From assembly GCA_963706595.1 (NCBI GenBank), contig OY970166.1, forward strand, positions 2,816,001 through 2,880,000: a stretch of DNA of 64,000 bases, written 5' to 3'. The notes below the pieces were generated by a model, which had not been told where the DNA came from, did no database searches, and saw only the letters and a list, made by a program, of their open reading frames with translations. Shown piece after piece: positions 60,964 through 64,000 of this stretch (the stretch's first letter is position 1; each line of letters begins with the position of its first letter). The DNA is from an uncultured cyanobacterium. Lineage in GTDB: Bacteria > Cyanobacteriota > Cyanobacteriia > Cyanobacteriales > Nostocaceae. Position numbers and translations under genes: made by a program.

Positions 60964-61440
60964 TTACAAATTAGCTCTTACACCTTGGACTGTCAATACA
61001 GAACAGGGTGCATGGTGTAATACATAGTTGCTGACACTACCTAAGAAAAATTCACTGATGCCACTGAGTCCCCGACGGCCTAAAACAATTAAATCAGCCT
61101 GAGAACTACGGGCTACTTCACAAATAGTGCGGCTTGGTTCACCTATTTTTTGGGTAAAATCAGATGCTATCCCCTTGGCGATCGCTTGATTATTGAGCAG
61201 TGTTAAAAATTCAATTCCTTCTCGTTTTAAACTTTCCCATTGATTTACATAATAGTTCACATCGTCATAAACACTGTATGTTTCCATTGTGGAAGCATCG
61301 AGATAAGCATCATCAGAAGGTGAGATGACGTGTAACAACAACAATTCGGCATTGCTGGCTGTTGCTAAAAATAGGGCGTGTTCAAAAATTTGTTGCCCAA
61401 TTGCATTGGTACTCAGTGGGACTAAAATTTTGTTAAACAT
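60964..61440 (-). CDS. Universal stress protein (UspA family)
   Basis: KILVP...ADLIVLGRRGLSGISEFFLGSVSNYVLHHAPCS; paralog of 20514-21026. Confidence 0.92.
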   Translation of the reverse strand: MFNKILVPLSTNAIGQQIFEHALFLATASNAELLLLHVISPSDDAYLDASTMETYSVYDDVNYYVNQWESLKREGIEFLTLLNNQAIAKGIASDFTQKIGEPSRTICEVARSSQADLIVLGRRGLSGISEFFLGSVSNYVLHHAPCSVLTVQGVRANL

Positions 61441-61694
61441 AATTAAAAGTCTGTAGTTATTAGTCAGTAGTTAATCACGCAATTTGTAAATTATTTTAAC
61501 ATTGATAATTGCGAAAAATATTGCTTGGCAGAATGCTTATCCCGTAAGGGTTACAGCCTTAGCATAATTTTCTGTTTGCGATTGCTCATTTAGCCCCTAG
61601 TAGGACTAAAGCCAAAAATTGCCGAAAGTGATTACAGTCTCAATGTGGCATTAGAGGATAAGTTAACTTACTAGACAAAGCGCCTACCATAATC

Positions 61695-63326
61695 ATGCAC
61701 AAAATCCTACCCAAAAAAATCGCTTCCATGCACACCCGTGACGGTATCCGCCTAGATGCAGATATCTATCGCCCCGACGCTGAGGGAGAGTTTCCCGTAT
61801 TATTAATGCGCCAACCCTATGGAAGAGCGATCGCATCTACTGTTGTCTATGCTCATCCGACTTGGTATGCTGCACATGGCTATATTGTAGTTATTCAAGA
61901 TGTCCGAGGAAGAGGCACTTCTGAAGGTGAATTTGAACTTTTTACCCACGAAATCGCCGATGGAGAAGACACCGTAAACTGGGCTGCGAAACTCCCTGGT
62001 AGTAACGGCAAAGTGGGAATGTATGGCTTTTCCTATCAAGGAATGACTCAACTATATGCCGCAGCTGCAAAACCACCAGCATTAAAAACAATTTGCCCAG
62101 CCATGATTGGCTATGATTTATATACAGATTGGGCTTATGAAGGTGGTGCATTTTGTTTACAAACTAACCTCGCTTGGGCAATTCAATTAGCTACAGAAAC
62201 CGCCCGTTTACGAACAGATAAAACAGCCTACGAAGCATTATTTGCTGCATCTCGTAATTTACCTGTAACTAATCCCGAAATTCTCCAGGAACTCGCCCCA
62301 GAATCATTTTATCATCAGTGGCTGGAACATTCTCAACCCGATACATACTGGGAAAAACTTTCGCCTAAAAACCACTTACAAAATGTTGATTTACCCATGT
62401 TCCATATCGGGGGATGGTTTGATACTTACCTGCGAGGAACTTGGCATTTATATCAAGATATGAGCGCCAGCAGCAACACACCCCAACATTTGCTCATCGG
62501 TCCTTGGGCGCATTTGCCTTGGGGTCGCCAAGTCGGTGAAGTTGATTTTGGTGTTAATGCTATGAGTCCTGTAGACCAGATGCAAGTTCGCTGGTTTGAC
62601 CAGTTTCTCAAAGATATTAATACAGGATTACTGGAAGAAGATTCTGTTTGCTTATTTGAGATGGGAAGCAATATTTGGCATAGTTATCCAACTATCCCTA
62701 AAGTAAACCAGAAATCTTACTTTTTGTCAACCACCGGACTGGCTAATATCAGAGAAGATTCTGGAAGCCTAATCCAAAATCCCAAATCTAAAATCCCAAA
62801 TTCCTTTGATGTCTTAGTTCATGACCCTTGGCGACCGGTTCCGGCTTTGGGTGGTCATGCAGCACTGTCGGCGGGTGTTTTTGAGCGATCGCATCTGGAT
62901 TGTCGTGCTGATGTTTTAACTTATACGAGCGCACCTTTAACAGAAAATTGCCATTTACTAGGGAATGTTGCGGTGGAAATCTTCTGTAGTGCTGATCAAC
63001 CTAGTTATGATTTGTGTGCGGTGCTGTCAGAAGTGCATCCTGATGGCTGTGTGTATAACTTAACTCAAGGTTATGTCCATTGTCCCCCAGGTTCAGAAGA
63101 CGCGCCGACCAAAATTCAACTGCAACCTATTTGTGCGCGAATTGCTCAAGGTAATGCCCTGCGTTTGAGTTTGAGTGCTGCCTGTTTTCCCGCTTATGCG
63201 ATGAACTCTGGAAGTGGTACAGTAAGAAGTAGTGGGGAGTTGATGAATGCTCAGGTAATCACAATTACGATAAATTGTGGAGATGCTTTTCTTTCTCAAG
63301 TTTTGCTGCCGTTAAGAGTTAATTAA
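61695..63326 (+). CDS. CocE/NonD family serine hydrolase
   Basis: RDGIRLDADIYRP, RQPYG, QDVRGRGTSEG, GFSYQG (GxSYxG), GGWFD, GPWAH. Confidence 0.93.
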   Translation: MHKILPKKIASMHTRDGIRLDADIYRPDAEGEFPVLLMRQPYGRAIASTVVYAHPTWYAAHGYIVVIQDVRGRGTSEGEFELFTHEIADGEDTVNWAAKLPGSNGKVGMYGFSYQGMTQLYAAAAKPPALKTICPAMIGYDLYTDWAYEGGAFCLQTNLAWAIQLATETARLRTDKTAYEALFAASRNLPVTNPEILQELAPESFYHQWLEHSQPDTYWEKLSPKNHLQNVDLPMFHIGGWFDTYLRGTWHLYQDMSASSNTPQHLLIGPWAHLPWGRQVGEVDFGVNAMSPVDQMQVRWFDQFLKDINTGLLEEDSVCLFEMGSNIWHSYPTIPKVNQKSYFLSTTGLANIREDSGSLIQNPKSKIPNSFDVLVHDPWRPVPALGGHAALSAGVFERSHLDCRADVLTYTSAPLTENCHLLGNVAVEIFCSADQPSYDLCAVLSEVHPDGCVYNLTQGYVHCPPGSEDAPTKIQLQPICARIAQGNALRLSLSAACFPAYAMNSGSGTVRSSGELMNAQVITITINCGDAFLSQVLLPLRVN

Positions 63327-63476
63327 GAGTTTTTTCACGCAGAGGCGCAGAGGCGCAGAGAGGAAGAAGAAGAGTTAAATTAATGGCAGCGAGTTTAGCA
63401 GTTTACAGCAAGAATTAATTTACCGGATATTGAACAAAATATCTGGATGATTTTACTATGGAAGTAGAGGAAACAG

Positions 63477-64000
63477 ATGGAAACTAAATTAACTCAACCA
63501 TCAGCAGCACTCACTGAAATTCCGGCTGGCTATCTAAATATCATGGGTTATGTGGATGAGTCAGAAGTTAATGGTCCTGGAACTCGTGCTGTTGTCTGGG
63601 TTCAAGGTTGTCCGCGTGAATGTTCTGGCTGCTTTAACCCTGAGTCTTGGTCTTTTGGGATTAACCAATTAATTTCTGTTGATACTCTGGCTGAGAATAT
63701 CCTCAGCAAACCTCATAATACAGGTGTAACTTTTTCCGGTGGAGAACCTTTTTGGCAAGCTGCTGCACTAGCTTCTTTGGCTCGTAAGCTGAAAGCTGCG
63801 GGATTAAATATAATGTCTTTTTCTGGGTTTACCCTCAAGCAGTTACAGTCTGAATCAGCACCACCAGATTCGGCTGCACTATTAGCAGAATTAGATATCT
63901 TAATTGATGGTCCTTTTGTGGACTCTCTAGCAATTAATTCTCCCACGTCTTTGGTTTCTTCTAGCAATCAAGGCGTTAATGTTTTTAACCCAGATTTAGC
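63477..64000 (+). CDS. NrdG-like radical SAM activase-family 4Fe-4S protein (truncated by window end; absent from the ORF track)
   Basis: METKLTQ..SEVNGPGTRAVVWVQGCPRECSGCFNP (CX3CX2C), VTFSGGEPF, FSGFT, LDILIDGPF; GAGG RBS. Confidence 0.88.
   Translation, partial: METKLTQPSAALTEIPAGYLNIMGYVDESEVNGPGTRAVVWVQGCPRECSGCFNPESWSFGINQLISVDTLAENILSKPHNTGVTFSGGEPFWQAAALASLARKLKAAGLNIMSFSGFTLKQLQSESAPPDSAALLAELDILIDGPFVDSLAINSPTSLVSSSNQGVNVFNPDL

Noticed and set aside
63713..63967. 84-aa minus-strand ORF
   Set aside because: Antisense to the clearly motif-bearing radical SAM gene.

Overview
64-kb chromosomal window of a heterocyst-forming cyanobacterium (Nostocales). Evidence: many HIP1 octamers (GCGATCGC, roughly 45 by eye), STRR heptamer arrays and the flv3B-flv1B pair. 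It is mostly core genes: glsA, rlpA, panC/cmk, sodB, purM, mltA, cobA/hemD, coaE, potADB, mrdA, exbBD, chrA and the PSII S4 protein. purM carries an apparent +1 frameshift. There is also a pixGHIJL-type Che operon with a 4-GAF cyanobacteriochrome receptor. Two accessory blocks stand out. (i) A co-directional trio of a DUF2235/Tle1-like lipase, a cyclooxygenase-like fatty-acid dioxygenase and a catalase-related hydroperoxide-processing enzyme, which looks like a complete lipase-to-oxylipin cascade. (ii) An AT-rich, apparently HIP1-free block of about 8 kb. It holds a PEP-CTERM surface protein with 38 consecutive prolines, a divergent split HTH-NB-ARC + TPR pair, and an orphan UrtA-like binding protein paired with a histidine kinase. 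Intergenic DNA contains an internally deleted IS607 element, a probable IS200/IS605 right-end remnant, several MITEs, GTAG-type REP doublets and small nested repeats. No rRNA, tRNA or CRISPR array was seen. All calls come from reading motifs by eye; no database searches were run.
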